A DNA stretch of 64,000 nucleotides from an uncultured Marinoscillum sp. (GCA_964553685.1 CAZKLB010000002.1:62890-126889); one strand, 5' to 3'; shown: positions 9,895-20,730, numbered from the stretch's first letter. Notes: generated by a model not told the origin, from the letters alone. Numbers and translations are program-made.

Positions 9895-11370
9895 ATGAGT
9901 AAGCCTGTATATTTTTTAGGTATTGATCTTGGAAGTTCTGCAGTTAAAATAACAATATTTGATGCTTTAGCTGGAAGAACAATTGATACCATAACATATC
10001 CAGAGAAAGAAATGGAAATAGTTTCAAAAGAGATAGGATGGGCTGAGCAGGACCCTAATTATTGGTGGCGATGTATCGAAAAAGGACTATTGAAATTAAA
10101 AGATAGAAATAATATGAAATCCATAATATCCATTGGAATTTCATATCAGATGCATGGACTTGTAGCTGTAGATATAAATGGAAACTCAATTATTCCTTCA
10201 ATAATTTGGTGTGATTCTAGAGCTGTAGAAATAGGAAAGAATGCTGAAAAAAAAATAAAAAGAGAAGTCTTAGAAAGTCAAATACTTAACTCACCTGGTA
10301 ATTTTACAGCATCTAAACTAAGATGGATATACGAAAATGATAAGGATTCATTTTCTAAAATTCATAAAATTATGTTGCCAGGTGACTTCATAGCATTTAA
10401 AATGACAGGAAAAATCTCAACAACACCATCTGGATTATCTGAGGGTATAATGTGGGATTATCAATCTAATTCTATCAATAATGAAATTTTAGAAGTTTAC
10501 GATATTAATAAATCTCTTATTCCAGATATAGTAGATTCTATAGGCAGCCAAGGAAATTTATCTGAGAAAATTTGCGATAAGTTTGGTTTTAATAGAAGCA
10601 TAAAAATTTCTTATAGATCAGGAGATCAACCAAATAATGCTTTTTCCCTAAATGTTTTAAATCCTGGTGAAATTGCAGCAACAGCTGGTACCTCTGCAGT
10701 AATCTATTGTGTAACGGATAAAAATATATATGATAAAGATGGTAGAATAAATACATTTCTTCATTGTAATAATTCAATTTCAAAAAAAAGAAATGGTTTA
10801 TTGTTATGTATAAATGGCTCTGGAATAGCATACTCATGGATTAAATCTCTTTTAAAAGTATCCTCATATAAAGAAATGGATGAGAAATCTGAAGAAATAG
10901 ATGGTTCAAAAGGATTGAAATTTTATCCTTTTGGTAATGGTGCGGAAAGATTATTTAATAATAAAAATATTGGATCACACTTAGTAGGATTAAATTTTAA
11001 TAACCATACTCATTCTCATATAATAAGATCAACATTAGAGGGAATTGCATTTTCAATGACTTATGGTATAGAGCTTCTTAGAGAGTTTGGTGTTCATGTA
11101 AATACTGTCAGAGTTGGTAATGCTAATTTATTTTTAAGTAAAATATTTAGAGATGCATTTGTTAATTCTTCAAATATAAAATTACAACTATATGATACTA
11201 ATGGATCAGAGGGTGCGGCTAGAGGGGCAGCTCTTGGAAGTGGTTTTTTTAATACAGAGATGGATGCGTTTTCAAAACTTAAAATGATAAAGGAGATTCA
11301 TCCTGTTAAAGGTGAAGATTATATGCGAGAGTATGAAAATTGGAAAATTTTTTTAAATAAACTAAATTAA
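9895..11370 (+). CDS. xylB: Xylulokinase (FGGY carbohydrate kinase)
   Basis: FGGY N-terminus FLGIDLGSSAVK. 491 aa. Lies 5 nt upstream of xylA. Confidence 0.8.
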   Translation: MSKPVYFLGIDLGSSAVKITIFDALAGRTIDTITYPEKEMEIVSKEIGWAEQDPNYWWRCIEKGLLKLKDRNNMKSIISIGISYQMHGLVAVDINGNSIIPSIIWCDSRAVEIGKNAEKKIKREVLESQILNSPGNFTASKLRWIYENDKDSFSKIHKIMLPGDFIAFKMTGKISTTPSGLSEGIMWDYQSNSINNEILEVYDINKSLIPDIVDSIGSQGNLSEKICDKFGFNRSIKISYRSGDQPNNAFSLNVLNPGEIAATAGTSAVIYCVTDKNIYDKDGRINTFLHCNNSISKKRNGLLLCINGSGIAYSWIKSLLKVSSYKEMDEKSEEIDGSKGLKFYPFGNGAERLFNNKNIGSHLVGLNFNNHTHSHIIRSTLEGIAFSMTYGIELLREFGVHVNTVRVGNANLFLSKIFRDAFVNSSNIKLQLYDTNGSEGAARGAALGSGFFNTEMDAFSKLKMIKEIHPVKGEDYMREYENWKIFLNKLN

Positions 11371-11375
11371 AAATT

Positions 11376-12707
11376 ATGTCAGTTATAATAGGTAAGGAAG
11401 AATATTTTAAGGAAATAAATGAAGTAAAATTTGAGGGAGTTGATTCTGACAATCCACTAGCCTATAGATATTATGATGAAGATAAAATGGTTTTAGGAAA
11501 GCCTATGAAAGATCATTTTAAATTTGCTATTGCATATTGGCATTCCTTTGTTAATACTGGAAATGATCCTTTTGGACCAGGTACTAAGCAATTCCCATGG
11601 TCAAAATCATCAGATGTTTATGAAAGAGCTCATAATAAGATGGACGCAGCATTTGAATTTATTTCTAAGTTAGGCCTTGAATATTTTTGTTTTCATGACT
11701 TTGATTTAATCGATGAAGGAAAAAGTTTAATAGAGTCTGAGGAGAGATTAGGTAAAATAGTTGAATACGGAAAAAATAAAATAAATTCAAGTAATATAAA
11801 GGTCTTGTGGGGAACTGCAAATCTTTTTTCAAATCCAAGATATATGAATGGCGCAGCAACTAACCCTAACTTTGATGTTTTGTCATATGCTGGAGCTCAA
11901 GTAAAAAATGCTTTAGATGCTACCATAGCTCTTGGGGGTGAAAATTATGTTTTTTGGGGTGGAAGGGAAGGATATTCTTCGTTAATAAATACTAACATGA
12001 AGAAAGAGTTAGATAACTTGGCTAAATTTCTTCATATGGCTAAGGATTACGCCAGATCAAAGGGCTTTAAAGGCTGGTTTTTTATTGAACCTAAACCCAT
12101 GGAGCCTTCTAAACACCAGTATGATTTTGATGCAGCAACAGTTGTTGGGTTTTTAAATGAATATGACTTACAAAAAGATTTTAAACTAAATATTGAAGTT
12201 AATCATGCTACTCTTGCAAGTCATACCTTTGATCATGAGTTGCAGGTTGCTGCAAATGCAGGTATGCTTGGTAGTATTGATGCTAATAGGGGTGATTATC
12301 AAAATGGATGGGATACTGATCAGTTTCCAAACAGTATTTATGAAATTATTGAGGCTTTGTTAGTAATAAATAGATCTGGTGGTTTACAAGGAGGGGGTAT
12401 TAATTTTGATGCAAAAACTAGAAGAAACTCAACAGATTTGATAGATTTATTTTACTCTCATATTGGAGCAATTGATTTATTTTCTCGGTCTCTATTAATA
12501 ACAGAAAAAATTATAAATAATTCTGAATATATAGATATTTTAAACTCAAGGTACTCATCATTTAATAAGGGTAAAGGAAAAGATTTTACAGATGGAAAAT
12601 TAAATCTTAATGATTTGTATAACCATGCAAAAAATAATGGCGAACCAAAATTAATATCAGGAAGACAAGAGTTTATTGAGAATTTAATTAATAGAAATAT
12701 TTTCTAA
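11376..12707 (+). CDS. xylA: Xylose isomerase (class II)
   Basis: Motifs FCFHDFD, FWGGREGY, FFIEPKPMEP and NIEVNHATLA. 443 aa. Confidence 0.95.
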   Translation: MSVIIGKEEYFKEINEVKFEGVDSDNPLAYRYYDEDKMVLGKPMKDHFKFAIAYWHSFVNTGNDPFGPGTKQFPWSKSSDVYERAHNKMDAAFEFISKLGLEYFCFHDFDLIDEGKSLIESEERLGKIVEYGKNKINSSNIKVLWGTANLFSNPRYMNGAATNPNFDVLSYAGAQVKNALDATIALGGENYVFWGGREGYSSLINTNMKKELDNLAKFLHMAKDYARSKGFKGWFFIEPKPMEPSKHQYDFDAATVVGFLNEYDLQKDFKLNIEVNHATLASHTFDHELQVAANAGMLGSIDANRGDYQNGWDTDQFPNSIYEIIEALLVINRSGGLQGGGINFDAKTRRNSTDLIDLFYSHIGAIDLFSRSLLITEKIINNSEYIDILNSRYSSFNKGKGKDFTDGKLNLNDLYNHAKNNGEPKLISGRQEFIENLINRNIF

Positions 12708-14167
12708 TAATTAAATAAACCAATTAAAAGATAAATAATAGCTGTGATTGAACCTGAAAATAAGGCATAAGGTAATTGTGTTTTAACGTGGTCAATATGG
12801 TCACTTACTGATGCCATTGAGGATATTACAGAGCTATCAGAAATTGGAGAACAATGATCACCAAATACACCTCCACCAAGCGCAGCAGCAACAGCAAGAG
12901 ATGTTTCTATTCCCATTTGATTTGAAATTGGTACAGCTATTGCTATCATAATGGCAAATGTGCCCCATGATGTTCCAGTAGAAAAAGATATAAAACAACT
13001 AGTGGTAAATAATAAAAATGGAACCAGTTGTGGAGATATTATATTATTCAAAGCATTCGAAACATACAAACCTGTCCCTAACTCATTACATAAATTTCCA
13101 ATTGCAAAAGCTAACATTATTAAAATTGATAATGGCATCATACCAGACATTCCTTTAATAGAATATTCGATTATTTCTTTCGCTGTTAAAATTTTCTTAA
13201 ACAAATAAAATACTGATGAAACAGTCAAAGCAATAATGACTGAGTATAACACAGATGCTGAACCCGATGCATTCTTCATTACATCAAAAAATGTAATTTT
13301 TTCCATGCTTGGTTCGTAACCAGTATAAAATAGCATTAGTATCATTGATAAGACCATTGTTATTAATGGAATAAACATATTTATTGGTTTTTCTTCGATA
13401 CCTTTTTTAGTACTTATTATTGTAATATCATTAGAAACCATTGGTTTTGAACCTTTGTTAAATATTTTTCCTTTTTCCGTTCTTTTCTCAGCAACTTTCA
13501 TAGGTCCAAAATCTTTTCCTGAGAGAATCATCACAATTAGAAAAATGATTACAAAAATTGGATAGAAATTAAATTGAATTGAACTAGCTAATGTATAAAA
13601 CGGATTTTCAACTCCTTGAGCTAATAAAAGTCCCATTATAAATGCTCCCCAACCATTAAATGGTATCAATAATTTTGATGGTGCAGAGGTGGAGTCAGCA
13701 ATAAATGCAAGTTTTTCTCTTGATATTCTGAGTTTATCAAATAGAGGTCTAAATATAGTTCCGACTGTCAAAGCCGATATATTAGACTCAACAAATATTA
13801 AAATACCAGTCAAGGAAGCAAAAATTTGAACTTTTTTTCTGCTATGATTTATATTTGACTTATCAGTACTAAATCTATTTTTTACACTATCAATAAAGCC
13901 AGCAATTCCTCCAGAAATTTGAATAAATGTTATTAAGGATCCAACTAGGAAGGTAAATAATACAACTCTTGTATTTCCTTTGTCTGAAAAAACATTTACG
14001 ATACCGTCAATTGTAAATAGTATTCCTTTAAATAGATTCCAATCTCCAATTATTAACCATCCAACAAATATTCCAGTTAGAAGTGAAATAAACACCTGTT
14101 TAGTTCTTATCGCAAGTATAATTGCTATGAGAGGTGGGACTAAAGATAGAAAACCATAGTTATCCAT
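12704..14167 (-). CDS. nhaC: Na+/H+ antiporter, NhaC-like
   Basis: 487 aa polytopic membrane protein with an NhaC-like layout. The family call is from memory. Confidence 0.65.
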   Translation of the reverse strand: MDNYGFLSLVPPLIAIILAIRTKQVFISLLTGIFVGWLIIGDWNLFKGILFTIDGIVNVFSDKGNTRVVLFTFLVGSLITFIQISGGIAGFIDSVKNRFSTDKSNINHSRKKVQIFASLTGILIFVESNISALTVGTIFRPLFDKLRISREKLAFIADSTSAPSKLLIPFNGWGAFIMGLLLAQGVENPFYTLASSIQFNFYPIFVIIFLIVMILSGKDFGPMKVAEKRTEKGKIFNKGSKPMVSNDITIISTKKGIEEKPINMFIPLITMVLSMILMLFYTGYEPSMEKITFFDVMKNASGSASVLYSVIIALTVSSVFYLFKKILTAKEIIEYSIKGMSGMMPLSILIMLAFAIGNLCNELGTGLYVSNALNNIISPQLVPFLLFTTSCFISFSTGTSWGTFAIMIAIAVPISNQMGIETSLAVAAALGGGVFGDHCSPISDSSVISSMASVSDHIDHVKTQLPYALFSGSITAIIYLLIGLFNY

Positions 14168-14181
14168 ATCTCAATATTAAT

Positions 14182-14189
14182 TAAATTTG
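14182..14189 (+). promoter_or_regulatory. Bacteroidota-type -7 promoter box (TAAATTTG) for the lipase gene
   Basis: Exact TAnnTTTG match 19 nt upstream of the GTG start at 14209. Confidence 0.4.
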
Positions 14190-14208
14190 TTAAACTATTT
14201 TTTAATAA

Positions 14209-15381
14209 GTGAATAAACTTAAACATCTTATATTCTTATTATTTTTTATATTTTCATGTTCTAATGAAGAGATAAATAATGTTTATTTAGATGGATGGAC
14301 TAAACTTTTTTCAATTACCAAAGAAAATATATTAACAATAGTAGGGGAGTCAGATTTTGATAATTTGAGAGACTATCTTAAATATGATATTAGTGTATAT
14401 ACAATAACTTACTTCACAACTTATAAAGGCTCAAAAATTCGTGCTTCTGGGTTAGTAGCTTTTCCCGATTCAAATACAGGAATGCCAATTTTAAATTTTA
14501 ATCATGGGACAACGTCTTTACATAGTGATGCACCCACAGAGGATTTATTACAGTATAGTTTTTTTTCAAATGCAGCTAGCGCAGGATATATATTTGTTAT
14601 TCCTGATTATTTAGGTTTTGGTGTATCAGATGATATCGTTCATCCATATTATAGATCTGATATAACAGGTCAGACAGTAGTTGATATGATACTTGCAACT
14701 AAGGAATTAGCTTTGAAGGAGGGATTTAATTTTAATGGTGATGTATTTTTATCTGGTTATTCAGAAGGAGGTTTTGCTACAATGGCTGCTCATCATAACA
14801 TTGAAAATAAAAATTATAGTGGTATTAATTTAGTTGCTTCTGCTCCAGCAGCGGGAGGATACGATATAACAGGCATGCTAAATTATTTTATTGGATTAGA
14901 GACCTATCATGTACCATATTATATTGCTTATGTTGCTATGGGTTACAAGACATCATATGACTGGGATTTGCCATTAAATAGTATTTTTAATGATAAATAT
15001 GCCGATATATTGCCTGACTATTTTAATGGAAAATATTCTGGAAGTGAGATCAATAGTGTTTTAAATGATACAATTAGTGTCCTACTTACAAGTAATTTTA
15101 TAAATAATACGTTTTCAGATCCAAATCTTAAAATAATTGTGGATGCTTTTGATGAAAATAGTTTAGATTCTTGGACGCCAAAAGCAAAAATGTTTATGTA
15201 TCATGGTACAGCTGATGTCACAGTTCCTTATCAAAATTCAGTTGATACATACGATAATTTTATTATGAATGGAGCTAGTACTTCAACCATAGAATTTATA
15301 CCATTGCAAGGTGAAAACCATTCATCTGGATCTATTCCTTACATTATGGATCTTTTCGATAGATTTAACGAATTAAAATAA
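14209..15381 (+). CDS. Secreted lipase / alpha-beta hydrolase lipoprotein
   Basis: GTG start, lipoprotein signal LLFFIFSC, and nucleophile elbow GYSEGG. It resembles the secretory-lipase family. Confidence 0.55.
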   Translation: MNKLKHLIFLLFFIFSCSNEEINNVYLDGWTKLFSITKENILTIVGESDFDNLRDYLKYDISVYTITYFTTYKGSKIRASGLVAFPDSNTGMPILNFNHGTTSLHSDAPTEDLLQYSFFSNAASAGYIFVIPDYLGFGVSDDIVHPYYRSDITGQTVVDMILATKELALKEGFNFNGDVFLSGYSEGGFATMAAHHNIENKNYSGINLVASAPAAGGYDITGMLNYFIGLETYHVPYYIAYVAMGYKTSYDWDLPLNSIFNDKYADILPDYFNGKYSGSEINSVLNDTISVLLTSNFINNTFSDPNLKIIVDAFDENSLDSWTPKAKMFMYHGTADVTVPYQNSVDTYDNFIMNGASTSTIEFIPLQGENHSSGSIPYIMDLFDRFNELK

Positions 15382-15385
15382 AAAT

Positions 15386-16507
15386 ATGATTAGATACGTC
15401 ATACTACTTTTATTAATTGGATGTAATAGCAACAATAAAATTAATTTTATAGAGAATAATGTAAGTTTTATAAAATCAAAATTTGTCCCAGATTCTAGAG
15501 TAGGTATTTTTAAAGTTGATGCGTCCAAGTCTAACAATTTATATACTTTAAGGGGGGAGACTAATATCTTAAAAGCTAAGGATGAATTGATAAATATTCT
15601 ATTGGATAATAATATTCAATTCACTGATAGCATTAAGGTTTTACCTGACTACTTATATAAATATGGAATAATAAATAATTCTGTAGGTAATCTTAGAGGA
15701 TTACCGTCACATTCTTCAGAATTAGTATCGCAAGCTGTGTTAGGCACTAAATTAAAAATACTCAAGAAAAAAGGTGAATGGTATTTAGTACAGACACCTG
15801 ATAATTATATCTCATGGATCGACCATGGTGGAATAAAAGTTTTAAATGATGAAGATTTTGATGCCTATTATCAAAATAATTATGTCTTTACTGATGTATT
15901 TGGCTTTTCATATGAATCTTTGAATAAAGAAAAAATTGTTTCAGATCTAGTATTAGGAACAATATTAAATGTATCTGAATTTAAAAATAATTATGCAAAA
16001 ATTAGATACCCTGATAGTCGGTATGGTTGGGTAGATAAAAATAGCATCAAAAAAATATCTGAGATTAATGAAAACAATCTTTCGAAATCTAATCTTTTAA
16101 ATTCATCTTTAAAATTAATTGGCATACCATATTTGTGGGGAGGAACATCTAGTAATGGTTTTGATTGTTCCGGTTTTACAAAAACAATTTATAAAATGAA
16201 TGGATTAATTATTCCAAGAGACGCCTCACAACAAATCTTTGAAGGTAAGCTTGTTGATGATAACAGAAATTGGAAAAATCTTGAAGTAGGGGATTTGATG
16301 TTTTTTGGATACTATAGAGATGGAAAAAGAAGAATTGATCATGTAGCTATGTGGATTGGTAATAATAAATTTATTCAAGCTTCTAAAAATGTTAGAATTA
16401 GTTCAGTTGATCCAGATAGTAGCATTTATGATAAATATCACATGGATAAATATTTTGAATCAAGAAGAATTATTGGAAATCAAACGGCAGGGATAAAGCT
16501 TTTATAG
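15386..16507 (+). CDS. NlpC/P60 cell-wall peptidase with SH3b-like N-terminal domains
   Basis: Catalytic Cys context GFDCSGFTKTIY and His context IDHVAMWIG. Confidence 0.8.
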   Translation: MIRYVILLLLIGCNSNNKINFIENNVSFIKSKFVPDSRVGIFKVDASKSNNLYTLRGETNILKAKDELINILLDNNIQFTDSIKVLPDYLYKYGIINNSVGNLRGLPSHSSELVSQAVLGTKLKILKKKGEWYLVQTPDNYISWIDHGGIKVLNDEDFDAYYQNNYVFTDVFGFSYESLNKEKIVSDLVLGTILNVSEFKNNYAKIRYPDSRYGWVDKNSIKKISEINENNLSKSNLLNSSLKLIGIPYLWGGTSSNGFDCSGFTKTIYKMNGLIIPRDASQQIFEGKLVDDNRNWKNLEVGDLMFFGYYRDGKRRIDHVAMWIGNNKFIQASKNVRISSVDPDSSIYDKYHMDKYFESRRIIGNQTAGIKLL

Positions 16508-16981
16508 TTTCTCTAGATTCATAATTCGTTCTACAAACTTTTTACTTGTAAAATCAATACCACTATTTATTCTGAATTCTTCATCACCATTTTTATTAAA
16601 TATTATTGTAGTTGGGAGACTATAAGCATTAAAAAATGATAGGTCGTTATTTGATTTTAAAAATTTTAAATCGAATTTTCGTTTATCAATAAATTCTTTT
16701 ATTCTATCAATTTTTTCATTTGAGATAGCAAAAATTTTAACTTTTTTACCAATAAATTTTTCTTTTGACTTTTCAAGACTTTCAAACTCTGCAATACATG
16801 GCTTGCACCATGTTGCCCACAAATTTAATATTACTACATTTCCTTTTTCATCATTAAGCTTTATCTCATTTCCTTCTAAATCAACTATATCGGGTATATA
16901 ATCAATATTTTTTTGATTATTATGATTTGAACACGAGGTATATAAGAAGGTTATTGCGATAAAGTATATAAGTTTTTTCAT
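16502..16981 (-). CDS. TlpA/ResA-like periplasmic thiol-disulfide oxidoreductase (lipoprotein)
   Basis: Thioredoxin motif WATWCKPC and lipoprotein signal LYTSC. Confidence 0.8.
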   Translation of the reverse strand: MKKLIYFIAITFLYTSCSNHNNQKNIDYIPDIVDLEGNEIKLNDEKGNVVILNLWATWCKPCIAEFESLEKSKEKFIGKKVKIFAISNEKIDRIKEFIDKRKFDLKFLKSNNDLSFFNAYSLPTTIIFNKNGDEEFRINSGIDFTSKKFVERIMNLEKL

Positions 16982-17016
16982 TTGTTCATATCTTTACGTA
17001 TTAATTTATACATTAT

Positions 17017-17559
17017 ATGAAAAAAATTATATTATTTCTTTTGTTTATTGTCACTCAAAATAATTTATTTTCTCAGTCTTTTTACTCGGAAATACAAGTT
17101 AATGGTTTAACATGTGCCATGTGTTCTTATTCAACCCAGAGAAGTCTTGAAAGATTAGATTTTATTGAGTCTATAACACCAGATTTAGAAGCCACCTCAT
17201 TTAAATTAGAGTTTAAAGAAGAAATGTTTGTAGATTTTGATCTTATTCAGGAAAAGGTAGAGGACGCTGGATTCTTCGTTGGAAAAATTGATATCATCTT
17301 TAGTGAGGAAATATCTGCAATTAATGATAAGCATAAGTTTATAGAAAATAATTTATTTCATTTTTTTTCCGATAAAGAATTAAAGTCAAATATTTTTTCA
17401 TTGGTAGATAAAAATTTTGTTAGTAAAAGTCAGTTTAAATCTTTATCAGATAATACTTCACATTCGTGTTATTTGACCGGAAGACATACTAAATCATGTT
17501 GTTCACACCATGAAAATATGAAATCCGATAAAGTATATCATTTACGAACTAGCCTCTAA
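17017..17559 (+). CDS. Exported heavy-metal-associated (HMA) domain protein with a Cys/His-rich tail
   Basis: Signal peptide, HMA motif GLTCAMCSYS, and C-terminal SHSCYLTGRHTKSCCSHHENM. Confidence 0.65.
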   Translation: MKKIILFLLFIVTQNNLFSQSFYSEIQVNGLTCAMCSYSTQRSLERLDFIESITPDLEATSFKLEFKEEMFVDFDLIQEKVEDAGFFVGKIDIIFSEEISAINDKHKFIENNLFHFFSDKELKSNIFSLVDKNFVSKSQFKSLSDNTSHSCYLTGRHTKSCCSHHENMKSDKVYHLRTSL

Positions 17560-17580
17560 TTGATAATTGCTTGAAAAATT

Positions 17581-18429
17581 ATGAATTATAAAAGCATATT
17601 ATTCTTTTTTTTATTTTTTTCATACCAACAATTAAAATCACAGGAGTTATATATTAATACAGAGCCGGCTAGTCTTATACCAAAGGGGACAAAAGTTGTA
17701 AGACTTCATCATCATACATTTTTTTTGAATGAGACCAACACACCGAGCTCATTTTCAAATGCTAAAGTTTTAATTCCATCAATCTCATATGGGATATCAA
17801 AAAAAATAATGGTTAGTGCTAGTTTTCAATTCTCAAATAATCCGTATGATATACAAAAAAACTTTGCTTTTAATGGATTTAAATTATATTCTAAACAAAG
17901 AATTATATCAACTGATAAAAATAAATACCATACAAGATTATCATCATTTATAAAATATGCTAATCATGGCAAGTGGTATGCTCCAAATTATAAATATCTT
18001 AAAAATAATTATGATCTAGATTTTCAAGATTCTGGGTTAGAAGTCGGATTAATAGCAACTCAGTTGATAAATAAACTTGCTGTCTCAGTAACTTCAGGAT
18101 TTGGTATTATATCAAATAGAACATCAGATGGATCTTATGATGACAAAAACTTTAATTCCTTTCATAACTCGATATCAGCTGGATATTTACTTTTTCCAAG
18201 AAAATATAAGTCATATAAACAGACAAACCTTAATGTTTATTTGGAATATTTAACTAGTACCATTCTTAGCAAGGAACACCCAGCCATTTACAAAAAGTTT
18301 ATGTCAACACTTGCGCCAGGTATTCAATTCATAATAATGTCAAGATCAAGACTTGATTTTGGATATAAGATTAGATCTAAAAACTCACCAAATGAATTTT
18401 TAGTGAAATTAACTTATATACTTTACTGA
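17581..18429 (+). CDS. Putative outer-membrane beta-barrel protein
   Basis: Signal peptide, alternating beta-strand pattern and an aromatic C-terminal residue (..KLTYILY). No family recognised. Confidence 0.4.
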   Translation: MNYKSILFFFLFFSYQQLKSQELYINTEPASLIPKGTKVVRLHHHTFFLNETNTPSSFSNAKVLIPSISYGISKKIMVSASFQFSNNPYDIQKNFAFNGFKLYSKQRIISTDKNKYHTRLSSFIKYANHGKWYAPNYKYLKNNYDLDFQDSGLEVGLIATQLINKLAVSVTSGFGIISNRTSDGSYDDKNFNSFHNSISAGYLLFPRKYKSYKQTNLNVYLEYLTSTILSKEHPAIYKKFMSTLAPGIQFIIMSRSRLDFGYKIRSKNSPNEFLVKLTYILY

Positions 18430-19449
18430 CTAATCCTCAATAAGATACGTCCCTTTATAAACATTAAATCCATCATTAGACCAATATGCTAGTTTGGGTT
18501 CATTTCCCTTCTTTTCTTTTATAGATGCACAACCAACTGAACCATCTTTTCCAAGGGCAACTATTTTATCATTAAAATTTATATTTTTAGTTCCTCCATT
18601 TATATCAATTATTCTTTTACAGAGAGCTTCACATGCCTCTTGTGGTGATTTACCATTTCTCATCTGTTCAACAACGAAAAATGATCCACAAGTTCTAATG
18701 ATTTCCTCACCTCTTCCTGTTGCTCCAGCAGCACCTACCTCATTATCAACATACAAACCGGCACCGATTATAGGGGAATCTCCAACTCTTCCTGGAATTT
18801 TATAAGCAAGCCCACTCGTAGTAGTTATACCCGCAACGTCGTTTTTTGAGTCTATGGCAAGGACATTTATTGTACCTGTTGTTCTTTCCAAATCATAATT
18901 TCCATCAGAGGGTGGAAACCAATCATCTCTATCGGAAAGGTTTTCTTTCCATCTTAACCATATTTTTCTTGCTCTATCAGTAAGTAAGTTTTCAATTTTA
19001 AAACCGTGAACTCTAGCAAATTCTTGAGCACCTTTTCCAACGATATGGATATGGTCTGTTCTTTCCATTACAAGTCTAGCAACTGAACAAGGTGTTTTGA
19101 TTCCCTCTAAAGCAGCTACTGAACCACAGTTATGAGTTGGTCCATACATAATGGATGCATCTAGTTGAACAATTCCATGTTCATTTGGTAATCCTCCGTA
19201 ACCAACAGAAGTATCATCTGGGTCTAATTCAGTTACGTTTGCTGACTTTTCTATTGCATCTAATAACGTTCCGCCTCCCGAAAGTATATCCCAACCAGGT
19301 TGAAGAACCTTTTCTCCCCAAATCTCACCTCTACTGCATAAAATGACTGGGCCTTTGCTTTGATTTGCTGTTGCGTTTAAACTATTAATGAGAGGTACTG
19401 TTGCACCAATTGCAGATATATTTTTTATAAATTTTCGTCTTGTTGTCAT
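18430..19449 (-). CDS. Glycosylasparaginase / isoaspartyl peptidase (Ntn hydrolase), Tat-exported
   Basis: Tat signal MTTRRKFIKNISAIGA. Motifs TTTSGLAYKIPGRVGDSPIIGAGLY and GAAGATGRGEE. Confidence 0.8.
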   Translation of the reverse strand: MTTRRKFIKNISAIGATVPLINSLNATANQSKGPVILCSRGEIWGEKVLQPGWDILSGGGTLLDAIEKSANVTELDPDDTSVGYGGLPNEHGIVQLDASIMYGPTHNCGSVAALEGIKTPCSVARLVMERTDHIHIVGKGAQEFARVHGFKIENLLTDRARKIWLRWKENLSDRDDWFPPSDGNYDLERTTGTINVLAIDSKNDVAGITTTSGLAYKIPGRVGDSPIIGAGLYVDNEVGAAGATGRGEEIIRTCGSFFVVEQMRNGKSPQEACEALCKRIIDINGGTKNINFNDKIVALGKDGSVGCASIKEKKGNEPKLAYWSNDGFNVYKGTYLIED

Positions 19450-20120
19450 AATTCTAGGTTCTTAAGTTTATTAACATATTCACTAATATAAATATTCTTA
19501 TTTTTAGATCTATATTGGAGTATCCATCTTGGATGTGGTAAAACAATAACATCTTTAAAAAAGTTATATTCTTTATTTATCATTTCAAAAAAATTAATAT
19601 TTTTTCCTTTTCCAATTACAACACAGGTATCCGAAGTGCCGATGGTTTTTATTTGTGATTTTATCCACAGAACAATTTTATTTTTCCATTTTTTTAATAA
19701 TTCATTATCATCATAATAATTTAAATTTTTACCATCTCTTACAAATCCATATGGGCAAATACTAGTAATAAAAAAGTTTTTATAAAAAGATTTTAGATTT
19801 CCGTATGATAAAATCATTTCATAAATAAATTTAGAGCTCATTTCTCTTTTTTTAGGAAATTCAGTCTCAATATTGCACTCTTTAATTAAGTTGTAAGGAT
19901 CAGTGAATGGGATTCCTGTTAACCCTCCTCCAAATCTTCCAGGATTAATACCAAAAATTAAAATTCTTCTTTTTGAGTCGTTGAAATACTTATTATAAAA
20001 AGAAAATAAAATAGAATTTACCTCTTTACTGTGGTAAGGATCTAAAATCTCAATATTTTGAGGTAGAGAAGCTGGTTCAAGACTATTAAAAAAATTAATA
20101 ATCTTATCGCAAGTTTTCAT
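19446..20120 (-). CDS. Uracil-DNA glycosylase superfamily protein (SMUG-like / DUF4918-type)
   Basis: The motif ILIFGINPGRFGGGLTGIPFTDP resembles SMUG motif 1, and LPHPRW sits near the C-terminus. Overlaps the upstream gene by 4 nt. Confidence 0.6.
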   Translation of the reverse strand: MKTCDKIINFFNSLEPASLPQNIEILDPYHSKEVNSILFSFYNKYFNDSKRRILIFGINPGRFGGGLTGIPFTDPYNLIKECNIETEFPKKREMSSKFIYEMILSYGNLKSFYKNFFITSICPYGFVRDGKNLNYYDDNELLKKWKNKIVLWIKSQIKTIGTSDTCVVIGKGKNINFFEMINKEYNFFKDVIVLPHPRWILQYRSKNKNIYISEYVNKLKNLEL

Positions 20121-20127
20121 TAAAGAA

Positions 20128-20730
20128 TTATTCTAATGTCTTAGAGAATCTTTTTAAATGTTCCTCTGGCATTGTATCAACTTGGAAAGAAATAATAACA
20201 TTCGACCAAATCATAACAACATTTGCAACTTTATTATCATTTGCATCAATCCTATATGTTAATCTTTCAATATTAGTATCCCAGATAAATGGGTCAACAT
20301 CAATAGACTGCGCAAGATCTTTATTGTATGCATCCATATCAATCTTGCCATCTACATAGTAAGCATATGGGTATTTTACGGCTGAATTTAAATCTATTGT
20401 CCACTTTCCATCAGCTCTTGGAGTCATAGCTATTGAATACTTACCAGCTTTAATTTTTTTACCTCCTATCATTACATCGGTTGAAAAAATAATAGTAGTT
20501 GGACTGTTAGCACCTGCTCTCCATATTTCATCGTATGGAACTAAATCTCCAAATATTTTTCTCCCTTTTACTCCTGGAGAGGAATAGTAAATTGATATTT
20601 TAGTCATCCCAACATTTTGAGTAACAGATGCTTGAGGACTTGAAACAGGAGCTAAATACTCTCTTGCTGTTTGGCTATGTACATTAAAAGATAGTACTGA
20701 TATTATAAAAGTTAAGAATAAATTTTTCAT
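20128..20730 (-). CDS. DUF2911 domain protein (secreted)
   Basis: Signal peptide and the pattern SPQASVTQNVG...GDLVPYDEIWRAGANSPTTI typical of DUF2911. Confidence 0.7.
   Translation of the reverse strand: MKNLFLTFIISVLSFNVHSQTAREYLAPVSSPQASVTQNVGMTKISIYYSSPGVKGRKIFGDLVPYDEIWRAGANSPTTIIFSTDVMIGGKKIKAGKYSIAMTPRADGKWTIDLNSAVKYPYAYYVDGKIDMDAYNKDLAQSIDVDPFIWDTNIERLTYRIDANDNKVANVVMIWSNVIISFQVDTMPEEHLKRFSKTLE

Noticed and set aside
9895-12707. xylB-xylA as part of a xylan utilisation locus.
   Set aside because: No xylanase, xylosidase, susCD, xylose transporter or regulator is adjacent. The neighbours are an amino-acid permease and nhaC, so only the two-gene catabolic pair is supported.
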